Shown here piece by piece: positions 39,200 to 51,558 of a stretch of DNA of 64,000 nt (position 1 is its first letter; every line of letters begins with the position of its first letter). The notes below the pieces were generated by a model. That model made no database searches, was not told where the DNA came from, and worked only from the letters and a program-made list of their open reading frames with translations. The stretch is from Octopus sinensis (taxonomy: Eukaryota), in contig NC_042998.1 of assembly GCF_006345805.1 (NCBI RefSeq), positions 34,410,001-34,474,000 of the forward strand. The letters run 5' to 3'. The position numbers were made by a program, and so were the translations under genes.

Positions 39200-39506
39200 T
39201 GCACCAAAAAGAAAGCTTATCCCGGCCCAAGAGGGTCGGGAAACCTCTGAACCACCTCCCGTGATTGGGATCGGGGCCTGGAACCAAGCCCGTGAACAAG
39301 GAGTTCCCAGTAGGCATGGGTCATCAGCCCGTGTCGATCATGTCCCTGCCTTTTGTACATACCACCTGTTGCTACTACCCAATCGAATGGTCCGGTAAGG
39401 TCCTTGGATCAGGCCGACAAGTCCACTTATGTGCAACGGCGTTCTGCACCATCGTCAGCGTGTTTTCTGATGGCCCCAGAGAAGACGACTGAACCTGATT
39501 GCTTAA
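39200..39506 (+). pseudogene. Dispersed 18S rRNA 3' fragment (V8-V9 region), decayed
   Basis: gaacaaggagttcccagtagg...gtcatcagc...gtccctgccttttgtacataccacctgttgctactacc...gagaagacg matches the universal SSU motif GTCCCTGCCCTTTGTACACACCGCCCGTCGCTACTACC, with CpG-type transitions. Confidence 0.9.
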
Positions 39507-39734
39507 TGGCATTTCTTGCAACTATATGTTCTGACTTCAGATTTGAAATCAATATGTGGGATCTGTTTAAGGCAAATATTGCTCATTCACTCGACAGAAT
39601 TCTGTTTACCCAGAAACAAAATTATTCATTTACATTATTCACGCCATATGGCCATGGGCATATGGCATACTAGTTAAGAGCATTAATATTCCAAGTTTGA
39701 TTCCAAGCAGTGACCTGAATAATAATAATAATAA

Positions 39735-39915
39735 CACTGAAAAATACCTTAGGAATGAGAATCCAGGTTTGAAATTTCCTCAAGACACCTGATGAAGGCT
39801 GGAGGGTATATCAGCCAAAACGTGTTAACAACAAACAAGATGAGGACAAATATCTGTCAAATGTAAATAATATAAATAATGTACATAATTCCTCATTTCT
39901 TAAATATAGAACTGA
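39735..39915 (+). mobile_element. Penelope-like terminal fragment with decayed hammerhead
   Basis: acac-CTGATGA-a-ggctg...cagcc-aaaac-gtgt (39785-39825); GAAA is mutated to AAAA; begins at an (AAT)n tract. Confidence 0.5.
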
Positions 39916-41689
39916 AAATGATTCAGGTTTCCTTTTTGTTAAATAATTTTTTTAATCAAATTTCTTTGATAGTTTCTGTTTTACAAGTTGCTAGCTTTTA
40001 GAGAGTTAGGGACCAGTTGATTGAATTTTCTTCAGGTTGAGTAGCCCATCCCACTTAAAAGGTCCTTGAATAAGGATTGTTTAAGGATGTTGAGCAAAAC
40101 ACCCATGTTTCCAAAGGTGAATTATTCAAATCCCAAAGAATTCTTCTCAACACATGGCTATGATGCTCCCCCACTACTTCTGCTCGTGATCAGAGATGCA
40201 CATATCGTCAGTCACTAAGGGACATGCTCAACTGGTTAAGGTCAAACAACTGACAAGCAAATCTGTGGTATTGAGCAGAATATTTGCTGTAGCCCATCTT
40301 TTATACCAAGACAAAACAATGTACATGATAACACTTCCAATCAATTTAGATCAGAAGCCACGAGAGCCACAGCCTGGTATCATGTGCTGACAATTCACTG
40401 TATGTATGTATGTGTGTGTGTGTCTTTGTGTCTGTGTTTGTGCCCCCGATTGACAACTAGTGTTGGTGTATTTATGTCGCCGAACCAACATTGGTGGTTC
40501 AACAAAAGAGACTGTTAGCATAAGTGTCAGGCTTAAAAGAAAAGTTCTGGGGTCGATTCATTTGACTAAAAGGTCTTCAAGTTGGTGCTCCAGCATGGCC
40601 ACAGTCCAGTGGCTGAAACATGTAAAGGATAAAAGATAATATGTTAGTATTTTCCCAGTTTATATGCATTGCTCTATGTCTTTACAGAGAAACAACTCAA
40701 AATAACTTGTAGATTGAAAAAAAAAAACAGAAATCACCATTAATGCAAATGTGAGAAACTAGAGATTCTTGGACATTTCTGCTGAACTACAAAATCATTT
40801 GGCTTCTTTTGTTTAGCTTAGCATCAAAAGATGAATAAAGTTTTATACTCTGGGAATAAACACATTCTCGTTTTATAGTTTAATCAAACATTGAATAATG
40901 GAACAGATGCTGTGGCTTTCTTGTGATTACCCTGTTGAACTTCATACACTTCTCAAATGGTTTATTTTGATAATATTATTTTAATGCTGTAGTTAAATCG
41001 TTGAAGAGTTGTTGATTACACATTTGCTATTTAGCTTATTTTAAACATTCGTTGAACATTATTAAAAATGTAAGCTTCATTTTTCAATCAGTTTATATTG
41101 CCTTTTTTCTTTTTCTTTCGTTTTTAGTAACTTTTCTTACCAGAAAGATTACGTTTTTTTCTTTTGCCATAACTACTATTTGGCTAATGTAAAGAAAGCT
41201 TGCTGGCTTGGTACCAAAGAACTGATGTGCCAAGTTTTTAATTGCTTCTTCTAATCCATATATTCTTCTACAATGGAAAGTAAAAGTTACCACAGGGGTG
41301 GTCTTTAGTCACAGAATACATTGTACAAGACTCTGGTCTCTATCTAACAAGAGACTCTTACCAATAGATTTTAGTATCCGTCTTCTCTTCTTAAAAGTCA
41401 TTCTGTGGGTGGAATTGATGGAATTGAGCCATGTCATTGGTACCATCACAATCCTGCCTGAGAGAGTCCGAAGTCAGAATGCAAACTGTTGTAACGAAAT
41501 GTCACATGCTTTCAGTATTCTGCCATCTCAAGTATTCTTCTCTTCTTGGACACAGGACATTTTAAAACTGTTTGAATCTTCTAACCTGAAGTCTTTAAAA
41601 CCTATTAGGAATAGTTTTTAGTAATGTTTTATAATGATTGTGTTGTTACTTACTTTGTGTGTGTTTGAAAATAGATATACATAAAACCA

Positions 41690-42091
41690 TATGAGTGAGA
41701 TCGTTGCCAGAGCAACAACCTGCCCTTCGTGCCGATGGCATGTTAAGCACTCCAGTCGAGCGTGATCGTTACCATGTCGTCTTACTAGCAATTGTGCTGG
41801 TGGCATGTGAAACATTCAAGCGAGGTTGGCACCAGTACTGCTGGACTGGCTCCTGTGGAGGCGGCACGTAAAAAGCACTGTTTGGGCATGGCCGTTGCCA
41901 ATACTGCCTAACCCTTGTACCGGTGGCACATAAAAGCACCCACTAAACTCTGAGTGGTTGGCGTTAGGAAGGGCAACCAGCTGTAGAAGCTCTGCCAGAT
42001 CAAATTGGAGTCTGGTTTGCCAGACCTCAGTCAAATCGTCCAACCCATGCTAGCATGGAAAGCGGACGTTAAATGATGATGATGATGATGA
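41690..42091 (+). mobile_element. Family C with multiple subrepeats
   Basis: Several ggcacgtaaaaagcac subunits then a (GAT)n tail; an opposite-orientation copy lies at 42358-42650. Confidence 0.82.
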
Positions 42092-42654
42092 TATAAAAGG
42101 AAGCAAGTGGAGGGGTAGAAAGTTGAACCAAAGGACATGCCAGGTTGATAGAATAAATCTAATGGATGGAAGATAGGCAGAAAGTTTTGATGTGAGACTC
42201 ACATAGCAGACAAGATTAAAGCTTTGCTGATGTTGATGGCAACAATATTTAATATTGTGAAAGCATCACTTAATTCCCCTAAGACAAGAGTCCGCTGTTG
42301 GGTGGCTGAACATATAGTTCTCCAGTGGATCTGCGTTTACAGAATTTGTAGCAGTGGTCATCATCATCATTGTTTAACATCCGCTTTCCATGTTAGCATG
42401 GGTTGGACGAATGACTGAGGGCTGGTGAACCAGATGGCTGCACCAGGCTTCAATCTTGATCTGGCAGAGTTTCTACAGCTGGATGCCCTTCCTAATGCCA
42501 ACCACTCCAAGAGTCTAGAGAGTGCTTTTATGTGCCACCGGTGCGGGGCCAGTCAGGCGGTACTGGCAACAACCTCGCTTGAATCTTTTACACATGCCAC
42601 CGGCACAGGTGCCAGTAAGGTGATGCTGGTAATGATCACGCTCGAATGGTCATA

Positions 42655-42880
42655 AAGGAAAAACAGATTCAGAGTGTTAGAGGACATCATTGTTAATGGC
42701 TGTCTGCATTACTTTTGAAATATTAAACGTGGGTGTCGTATACGTCACCTGTCTTGGAGATGGGACATACTGCAGTGTGTTTCCAAAAGTCAGTTTAGAT
42801 CCTTGTAAAGAAGGGGATGAAAGGGTTTGGTAAGTATAGGAGCAGCCCTGGGACAGAGTTTGAAGTTAAGGGAAGGGACA
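42655..42880 (-). mobile_element. Decayed LINE reverse-transcriptase fragment (CR1/Jockey-like)
   Basis: Minus strand APILTK...WKHTAVCPISKTGD...ISKVMQTAINN, resembling the WKxAxVxPIxKxGD motif; frameshifted. Confidence 0.6.
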
Positions 42881-42901
42881 CTGTTTGTTAGAATAGTGGC
42901 C

Positions 42902-43320
42902 AAGGCGGCGAGCTGGCAGAAACGTTAGCACAGTGGGCGAAATGCTTAGCAGTATTTCGTCTGCTGCTACGTTCTGAGTTCAAATTCCGCTGAGGTCCAC
43001 TTTGCCTTTCATCCTTTCGGGGTCGATAAATTAAGTACCAGTTATGCACTGGGGTTGATGTAATCGACTTAATCCGCGTGTGTGTCCTTGTTTGTCCCCA
43101 CTGTGTTTAGCCCCTTGTGGGTAGTAAAGAAATAGGTATTTCATCTGCCGTTACGTTCTGAGATCAGATTCCGCCGAGGTCGACTTTGCCTTTCATCCTT
43201 TTGGGGTCGATAAATTAAGTACCAGTTATGTACTGGGATCAATGTAATCGACTTAATCCGCGTGTGTGTGCTTGTTTGTCCCCTCTGTGTTTAGCCCCTT
43301 GTGGGTAGTAAAGAAATAGG
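42902..43320 (+). mobile_element. SINE family B partial dimer
   Basis: 184-bp internal period (gtattt at 42952 and 43136); one flanking TSD atagtggcc (42893-42901, 43321-43329). Confidence 0.88.
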
Positions 43321-43958
43321 ATAGTGGCCTTATTAGTTTGACTAAATGTATGTTTACACTTGGTGTGTGTGTGTGTGTGTGTGTGCAAGGTAGTGGAACT
43401 AGAAAGGTGGAAAGGAGTGAAATTAGAGTTTTTCTAAATAAAATAGATCTCTCCAGCTCAAGAGTTGGATGTGTTATAATAATGGTGGTAAGAGTAGAAA
43501 GATGCTGTGCCATTCTGATGCACCCAAAATTGATGGTTATTGGTAAAAGAGAAATTTCCAATCAAGTAAATAGCTTTTAGACAGATTGAGGCTAAAACAT
43601 GCATACAGCTTTAATAAGAAAAAATATATTCTAAACAATCATTAGTTTGTGAATTGAAATATTTTTATTCATCTTTGTGAGAAAATTAAAAAAATATAGA
43701 CAACGTAAAGAAATCAATACCTTTATGTTTAAGATATGTAAGAACATTTCCAATGCAGTGGAAAGAGCGTTCATATATTTCAGCTGAATTTTTACACATA
43801 GGTGAAGGTGTGGCTGTGGGGTAAGTAGCTTGCTTCCCAACTACATGGCTCTGGGTTCAGTCCCAGGCAAGTGTCTTCTTCTACAGCCTTGGGCCAATCA
43901 AAGTCTTGTGAGTGGATTTTGTATGTATGTATGTTTTATGTATGTATGTGTATATATA

Positions 43959-43994
<36 letters not shown>

Positions 43995-43997
<3 letters not shown>

Positions 43998-44230
43998 ATG
44001 TAGGATAAAATTTTTTTGAGAAAAAAATTTTTATCAATGGCCAGCATATTAAAAAATACCTTTAAAGGTTAAAATTATAAACAACTTATAAATAAGGGCA
44101 AATGAAAAAATTTCTAATGCCAAATATGCCGAAAAATTGGACAAATTATATGGTAATGGACAATATGTCCAATTTTTCGGCATATTTGGCATTAGAAATT
44201 TTTTCATTTGCCTTTATTTATAAGTTGTAT
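43995..44230. mobile_element. (TA)n-embedded element with 63-bp fold-back
   Basis: IR 44081-44143 / 44166-44228 with one mismatch; same family as 20701-20950. Confidence 0.7.
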
Positions 44231-44238
44231 ATATATAG

Positions 44239-44740
44239 ATCATCATCATCATCATCATCGTTTAACGTCCATTTTCCATGCTGGCATGGGTTGGACAGTT
44301 CGACTGGGGTCTGGAAAGCCAGGAGGCTGCACCAGACTCCAATCTGATCTGGCAATGTTTCTACACCTGGATGCCCTTCCTAACGCCAACCACTCCAAGA
44401 GTGTAGTAGATGCATTTTACGTGCCACCGGCACAGGGGCCAGAGGGGGCTGGCAAGAACCACAATTGACTGGTGCTTTTTACTTGCTACCAACGCAGAAG
44501 TGAGTTGGGGTGAGGAGGCTGGCATCAACCACATTCGGATGGTGCTTTTTACATGCCACCGGCAGGGGGACCACAACTACAATTTCCATTTGATTGTGAT
44601 TTGATTTCATTTTGATGCTGGTGTACTTGTCTCAATAGGTCTTCTTAAGCACAGCATGTCGCCCTACATTCCAAGGGTAGTTTTTGAGTTGGCTGGTTAT
44701 GCGACACTAGTGTAGGTTACAGCTGTGATCTCACTTTATT
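44239..44740 (-). mobile_element. Family C long copy nested in SINE A microsatellite
   Basis: (CAT)n tail, subrepeats and upstream ggtcttcttaagcacagcat, shared with the RTE ORF end. Confidence 0.8.
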
Positions 44741-45998
44741 TGCTGGGCCTTGTGAGTGGCTTTTGTGTGTATATATGTGTATGTATATATATGTATGTGT
44801 GTGTGTGTGTATATATATTGGGGGTGGGGGTTTTGTGTCTATTTGTCCTCCGCCACTGCTTGACAACCAACATTGGTGTCTTTACATCCCTGTGACTTAG
44901 TGGTTCAACAAAAGAAACCAACAGAATAAGTACCAGGCTTTAAAAAATAATAATTATAGCGGATGATTTGTTTGACTAAAATTTATTCAATGTGTTGCTC
45001 CAGCAACAAGTGAAAAATCTTTACAAAACTCTTCAGAAGTGCTATTATGAAGCATTGAAAGTCTTGGGCCTCTTTTATCAAATGTTGTCCATTTTTGAGA
45101 TTCTAAAGAAATTGTAAGCATATCCTAACTTATCGGTGGAATTTATTTCACACAAAAAGACCTGAAATAAAAATCAATTCTAAATAATTAGGGCCTTTGT
45201 TGTCATAGAATTTTCAATCTCCAAGATTAATTTCTGAACAGAAATATTGCATTTCAATTGTTAATGCATTTTTACATTTATTTATTTATTTTTATACATC
45301 TGTTTTGTTTTTTTTAACATGAAACATTTTTACATCTATTTATCGATGTTTCTTAGGTTTTTATTCTTTGATTTATAACTCATCTCGACAGGAATAGATA
45401 TTGATCTTCACTCTGCTTTGTTGTTAGATTTAAGTTTTGGCTTTGGTTTCTTGTTGTTGTTTATTTCCACATTCTGCGAGCTTCCCTCAATGTTTATACA
45501 AGCCATTGTATATGTTTTTCAAGTGACAATTCAAATTAACTTGTTTAATCCAACATCGATTATAGTTTCCAAACAGAAATAAATTTTTTTTTTTTCCTTC
45601 CTTTTTACACCTGATTTTTCCATGCTGTCATGATTTGAATTGTTCTGTTAATTCAAAAAAAATTGGCTGTTTTGCGGCTGAATGCTTTTTGTGATGTCAC
45701 ATACTTAACCATGGTAATTATTTCTTGGAAAGACATTCTGAGGTAAGCACAGTAAAGCCACTTAATCAGAATCTACCTTCAAAGTGTTTGAATCAATAAA
45801 TCTAAAATTTAAAAGCCCGGAAAACAGGTGTAGGCGTAGCTGTGTGGTAAGAAGTTTGCTTCCGAACCACATGGTTCTGGGCTCAGTCCCACTGCATGAC
45901 GCCTTGGGCAAGTGTCTGCTACTATAGCCCCAAACCAACCAAAGCCTTGTGAACAGATTTGGCAGACAGAAACTGAAAGAAGCCCATTGTATATATAT

Positions 45999-46297
45999 AT
46001 GACCGTGATCACCGTGACCGACCAGGCTATCAGATGTTGCTACACATCGCTGGTCGCAATGCGCTTCGCATTGTTTTAGCCTTCAAATGACGCCACCCTG
46101 CTGGCTAAGCGAGCAGGCCAACATAAGAAAGAGTGAGAGAAAGTTGTGGCGAAAGAGTACAGCAGAGTTCACCACCACCCCCTGCCGGAGCCTCGTAGAG
46201 CTTTGGGTGTTATCGCTCAATAAACACTCACAACGCCCGGTCAGGGAATTGAAACCACGAGTCCGCTGCACTAACCACTGGGCTATTGCGCCTCCAC
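45999..46297 (-). mobile_element. tRNA-derived SINE family D nested in SINE A (TA)n
   Basis: Minus-strand head ggaggcgcaatagcccagtggttag (A box) ... ggtttcaattcc (B box); 3' part also at 4220-4340, 22737-22845, 34688-34805. Confidence 0.82.
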
Positions 46298-46839
46298 ACA
46301 CATAGATATACATATATATATATATCTATGTGTGTGTATGTCTTTGTGCGTGTTCCTAACAACCACTGACAACCAAAAATTTAGGACTTAAATCCTCCCT
46401 TTTTGAAAATATTAAAGAATTTGCTGTGGGAGGTTTCACTGAAATATTGAGAAGGTTAAGAAGTTCTCTTGAAGCTTTATTGGTTCATTTATGCTGTGTT
46501 ATTGAGTGAATGTGTGTGTTTGTGTGTGTGTGTTCATTGGATAGCATTAGAAGTGTGTAGAAAGAAAGGCAGATAGTATGAAAGAGAAGGAATTAGGTGA
46601 AGGGACCAATTATGGTGGGTTTTTTTTTTATTGTTTCTGGATTTTCATACTACTTAGGCAAAATTAAAAAGTTAATTAAATTCCAGTGAAGTCTAAAATT
46701 TGAGTCAATTAAGGAAATCTAATGAAAAAAGATTAATTACTAAGCACTACTATACAATGCAGGTCCCATTGATTTATTTTCTCAGTGAAATACTTAAAAT
46801 CAAAAGACAGGAAGTGGTGATGTTCATTTCTTGATCAAA

Positions 46840-47085
46840 GAACTCTGGCACCGATTGCAGAAGCTCGAAATTCTAGCCATCGAGGAGAAATAACAAAGAG
46901 AATACCAAAGAACAAACGAGAAGTGTTACTTCTCTGTTGCAACAAACAGCTTCACCTGCAGCAGATGCCATTGCTGCTGCAGATCAAGAGAAGGACCTGT
47001 ATCCCACATGTAATCCTGCCAGAGATGATCCCTGAACAAGACCAGACAATGTTGATCTATGATGGACAACCAAAGCCAGAGAAGA
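46840..47085 (+). mobile_element. RTE (BovB-like) 3' end with C-terminal zinc finger
   Basis: FTCSRCHCCCRSREGPVSHM*SCQR*, resembling CxxCxRxCxSRxGLxSH. Confidence 0.65.
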
Positions 47086-47870
47086 CAAAAAGGATTTTGA
47101 CTTCATATACAATCCAATTCATTACCAACATCGCCTTACTGGCACCTGTGCCGGTGGCATGTGTAAAAAGATTCAAGCGAGGTCATTGCTAGTACCGCCT
47201 GACTGGCATGTAAAAAGCACCCACTACACTCTCAGAGTGGTTGACGTTAGGAAGGGCACCCAGCTGTAGAAACTCTGCCAGATCAAGATTGGAGCCTGGT
47301 GCAGCCATCTGGTTTGCCTGTCCTCAGTCAAAATCGTCCAACCCATGCTAGCATGGAAAGCGGATGTTAAACGACAATGATAATGAACTCAAGCTAAGTA
47401 AAACTGAATCCACCATTTATGTTTAACTTTCATCTGGAAGGTGTTACCTCAAACAGGTCTTCCCTGGTCTAAAAGAAATCAAAGATTTTAACCCTGACAC
47501 AGCAGACATATGGCTGAAAGCATTCCGACCATAATTTGTCCATCTTTTGGTGATGGGTTGTCTAGGACTACATTATCCAGTGTGTTCTCTTCTTTTACCT
47601 TTAGACTGCAGACTGTAATTTAAGAAAATTGGCTGCTATTTCTAGTAATTAAAGTGATCATGTAGATGTTTCTTCACTGGCTTGATTTAGATTTTGTATA
47701 AAGCCAAGATTTCTTTTGTTCATGTAGACAGTGTCTTTTTTGTTAATATGGAAAAGTGATTCCATATTTCAGTATTTAAAGATTAACACTGATCAATAAT
47801 GAAAATAAGCGAAGGAACATCTATTGTACAGTAATGATGAATTACTTAATGGAAAATTTATTTCTTAAAT

Positions 47871-47960
47871 AATGAATGAAATTGATGGGGTGGGGGATAA
47901 AATGAATGAAATTGATGGGGCGGGGGATAAAATGAATGAAACTGATGGGGAGAGGGATAA
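47871..47960. repeat. 30-bp minisatellite x3
   Basis: aatgaatgaaattgatggggYgggggataa repeated three times. Confidence 0.95.
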
Positions 47961-48494
47961 AATTATACGATGTTTATTCAAAAGGCGAATGTGATTCTAT
48001 GATCAAGCTGAAGTAAGCAAGAGATTTCTGAGAGCCTACCTCTTGAATGTATGGTATTGTATGCTTTAAGTTATTTCTATACAAGATATAAACTTTATTG
48101 TGATTTTCTGAGATGCACTACGTGTTATACAGATGGGGAGTTATCTCCCTCTCCAGACATTGTTAACAGTACATGACAGGAACTGGGGGGAAGATATAAA
48201 TGGTGGTTTCCTGGAGTGTTTGGGGGAGGAGTCTTTGCCATGAGCTTCCTTGTGGAACTTGAAACTTGGACATTGGTACATGACATTCATTGTGGTATCC
48301 CTTCATCCACAGATGATGATATTACCCAGGTAGCAATCTGGGAGGTCATTACTGTTTGACATGGATCTTTTATTTTACCTGCAAAAAAAAAAAGGTGTAC
48401 CGTTTCTGTTTGTGTGTATTTTGCTGGGCAACTGCTTTCAGAAGTTTGCAGTTGATCACAATTATTTGAGTTTTGTTCTTGTCAGGCGAAAAAA

Positions 48495-48727
48495 GCAGCG
48501 AGCGGGCAGAAACATTAGCATGCCAGGCGAAATGCTTAGCGGTATTTTGTCTGCCGTTACGTTCTGAGTTCAAATTCCGCCGAGGTTGACTTTGCCTTTC
48601 ATCCTTTCGGGGTCGATAAATTAAGTACCAGTTACGCACTGGAGTCGATGTAATCAACTTAATCCGTTTGCCTGTCCTTGTTTATCCTCTCTGTGTTTAG
48701 CCCCTTGTGGGTAGTAAAGAAATAGGT
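48495..48727 (+). mobile_element. SINE family B
   Basis: Full-length, ends aaagaaatagg. Confidence 0.88.
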
Positions 48728-48904
48728 TATCAACTTCTGTTTATTGAAACACAGATGTCACACTACACTTACACATCACGGGAAGGGATTCTGTACATTT
48801 TCCGCTACTCAAACTTGACTCACAAGTTATAGGTCAGCTTCAAGTGATGGCTAAAGATATTTAGCCAAGATTCCATGCAATGGGATCAAACACAACTTCA
48901 CAAG

Positions 48905-49305
48905 GCTCAGGCATGGCTATGTGATAAGAAGCTCACTTCTCAACCACATGGTTCTGGGTTCAGTCTGACTGCATGCCAACTTGTGCAAGTGTCTTCTATT
49001 ATAGCCTCAGGCCAATCAAAGTCTTGTCAGTGGATTTGGTGGACGGAAACTGAAAGAAACCTGTCGTGTGTATAACGCGAGTGCATGTGTTTGTGTGTGT
49101 GTCTTTGTGTCTGTGTTTGTCCCCCACCACTGCTTGGCAACCGCTGTTGGTGTGTTTACATCCCCATAACTTAGCAGTTCAGCAAAAGAGATCAACAGAA
49201 TAAGTACCAGGCTTCAGAAAATAATAAGTACTGGGGTCGATACATTCGACTAAGGCAGTGCCCCAGCATGGCCTCAGCCTAATGACTGAAACAAGTAGAA
49301 GATAG
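48905..49305 (+). mobile_element. SINE family A
   Basis: Full-length decayed copy. Confidence 0.8.
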
Positions 49306-51376
49306 AAGTTAAAAAAGGTTGTAAAGCAAACATTTTAACCTCATAACAATGTCTGAGGCTCTCTGCATACAGGTATATTATTTTCCCATGCTAGCATCGA
49401 AAACAGACCTTAAATGATGATGATGTTGTTGTTGTTGATGATGATGGTCTTTTTTCATGGTTCCATATTCGTATGTCATTGTATGTTGTTGGATGTGCCA
49501 AGCAAGTAGGTATTTTGAATGAAATACAGGGCAACCGACTTCAAAGTTTTTAACCAACAGTGGCTCATCCAACTGTGTGTCTGTGAGCCATTACTGATGA
49601 AACTTTCAAGTCTCTGTTACCCTGCATTGCATTTCGAATAAAATATTTAGACACATAGGAAGCACTGAGTACACTCTGTAAGCTGGTTGGTGTTAGGAAA
49701 TACATCCAGCTGTAAGAACCATCCCCAAACAGACATTGTGGGTTGGTGCAATCCTCTGGTTTGCCGACTCATCAAACTGTCCGACCCATACATCATCATC
49801 ATCATCTTTTAACGTCCGTTCTCCATGCTAGCATGGGTTGGACGGTTCGACCGGGGATCTGGGCAGCCAGAAGGCTGCACCAATCTACAGTCTGATCAGG
49901 CAGTGTTTCTACAGCTGGATGCCCTTCCTAACGCCAACCACTCCGAGAGTGTAGTGGGTGCTTTTTACGTGCCACCAGCACAGGTGCCAGGCAAGGCTGG
50001 CAACAGCCACAATCGGATTGGTGCTTTTTAAGTGCCACCGGAATGGAAAAATGGACATCAGTTGGTTATGATGATTGTAATGAATGTGTATTGAGTCCTA
50101 AGCCAACAGGTTTTAGTTAAACATTTTCTTTTTTTTTTTGCTAAGGGCATCCTGGCATTAGGAATGTCATCCAGCTGTAGAAACTCTGCCAGATCAAGAT
50201 TGGAGCCTGGTGCAGCCATCTGGTTCGCCAGCCCTCAGTCAAAATCGTCCAACCCATGCTAGCATGGAAAGCGGACATTAAACGACAATGATGATGATGT
50301 TCTTGTAACTACACAGTATCAAGGAAGCAGGTCTATGACTGAACATGTCACAAGATCCAACATATGTGACATACCACAAACCAATCACAATGCTGTATTT
50401 AGCTTTCAATCCTGTTTAGAGGTTCTTTTATTGATTTTTTTTTTCAGAAGCCCTAACATTTCTTTCTGTTGTTTTAGTAAGAATTTTTGTTAAAAGGTGT
50501 GTAAAAAGCAACAAAATGATAAGGTGAAGGAATGCTTTGGACTGTGAAATCCCAAGTTTGACCTTTTAAATGATAATGCCAACCAGATCACAAGTTCAGC
50601 TTCATTTAACTGTGGTGAGATAAAGATTCTCAGCATTGAATGTTTATGGAGAGAATAAGAGACAACACTGAATTTCGATATTAAGCAAATAACTAAGGCA
50701 ACAAACTGGCGGACTCGTAAGCAGGCTTGGAAAAATGCTTAACGGCATTTCATTTGTGTTTATGTTCTGAGTTCAAATTCGATGTTTCCTTGGGCTAAAT
50801 GGCGGTGGTGTAATTCCCTTACGAGACTGTCACATTGAGTTGACAGTAAACGACCACTATATCGCTCCACCACTGCTTATGTCTCTCTGAGACGTGCCGG
50901 TGACACGTAAATCACCATCCGTTCGTGGCCGTTTGCCAGCTCTGTCTGGCACCTGTGCAGGTGGCACATAAAAAACACCCACTACACTCACGGAGTGGTT
51001 GGCGTTAGGAAGGGCATCCAGCTGTAGAAACACTGCCAGATCTCACTGGGCCTGATGAAGCCTTCCAGCTTCACAGACCCCAGTTGAACCGTCCAACCCA
51101 TGCTAGCATGGAAAGCAGACGCTAAATGATGATGATGATGATGATGATATACTTTAAAATAGTGTACATTTAAACGCAAAAGATATAAATCGTGGTTTTG
51201 GCCGTGTTGGCTGCTATTTCTAGCATGTAAAAATTTCCTGTTAAAGGGTAGTTTTCTTTTGTGTTTAAATGTACACTATTTTAAAATATGAATATGTTGT
51301 CTATTGACTTTTTATACATGCTAGGCCACTGGTGGTGATATTTATAACGAATATTCGCTACCCTATATATGTATCT

Positions 51377-51410
<34 letters not shown>

Positions 51411-51558
51411 TGTGTGTGTGTGTACATTTCAGTAGGAAGTATGGATATAATTATTATAATAACTTGTAATCTCTTTATTGCTTCTGTGATAACAACTTGA
51501 ATAGCTCAATGCTCTGTTTACAATTGTGATATATGAACACAATTTCTTCCTTCTCCAG

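Noticed and set aside
45711-45747. accATGG...GAG|gtaagc possible first exon
   Set aside because: Phase 2 would hit a stop in the 51559 exon; no other support.
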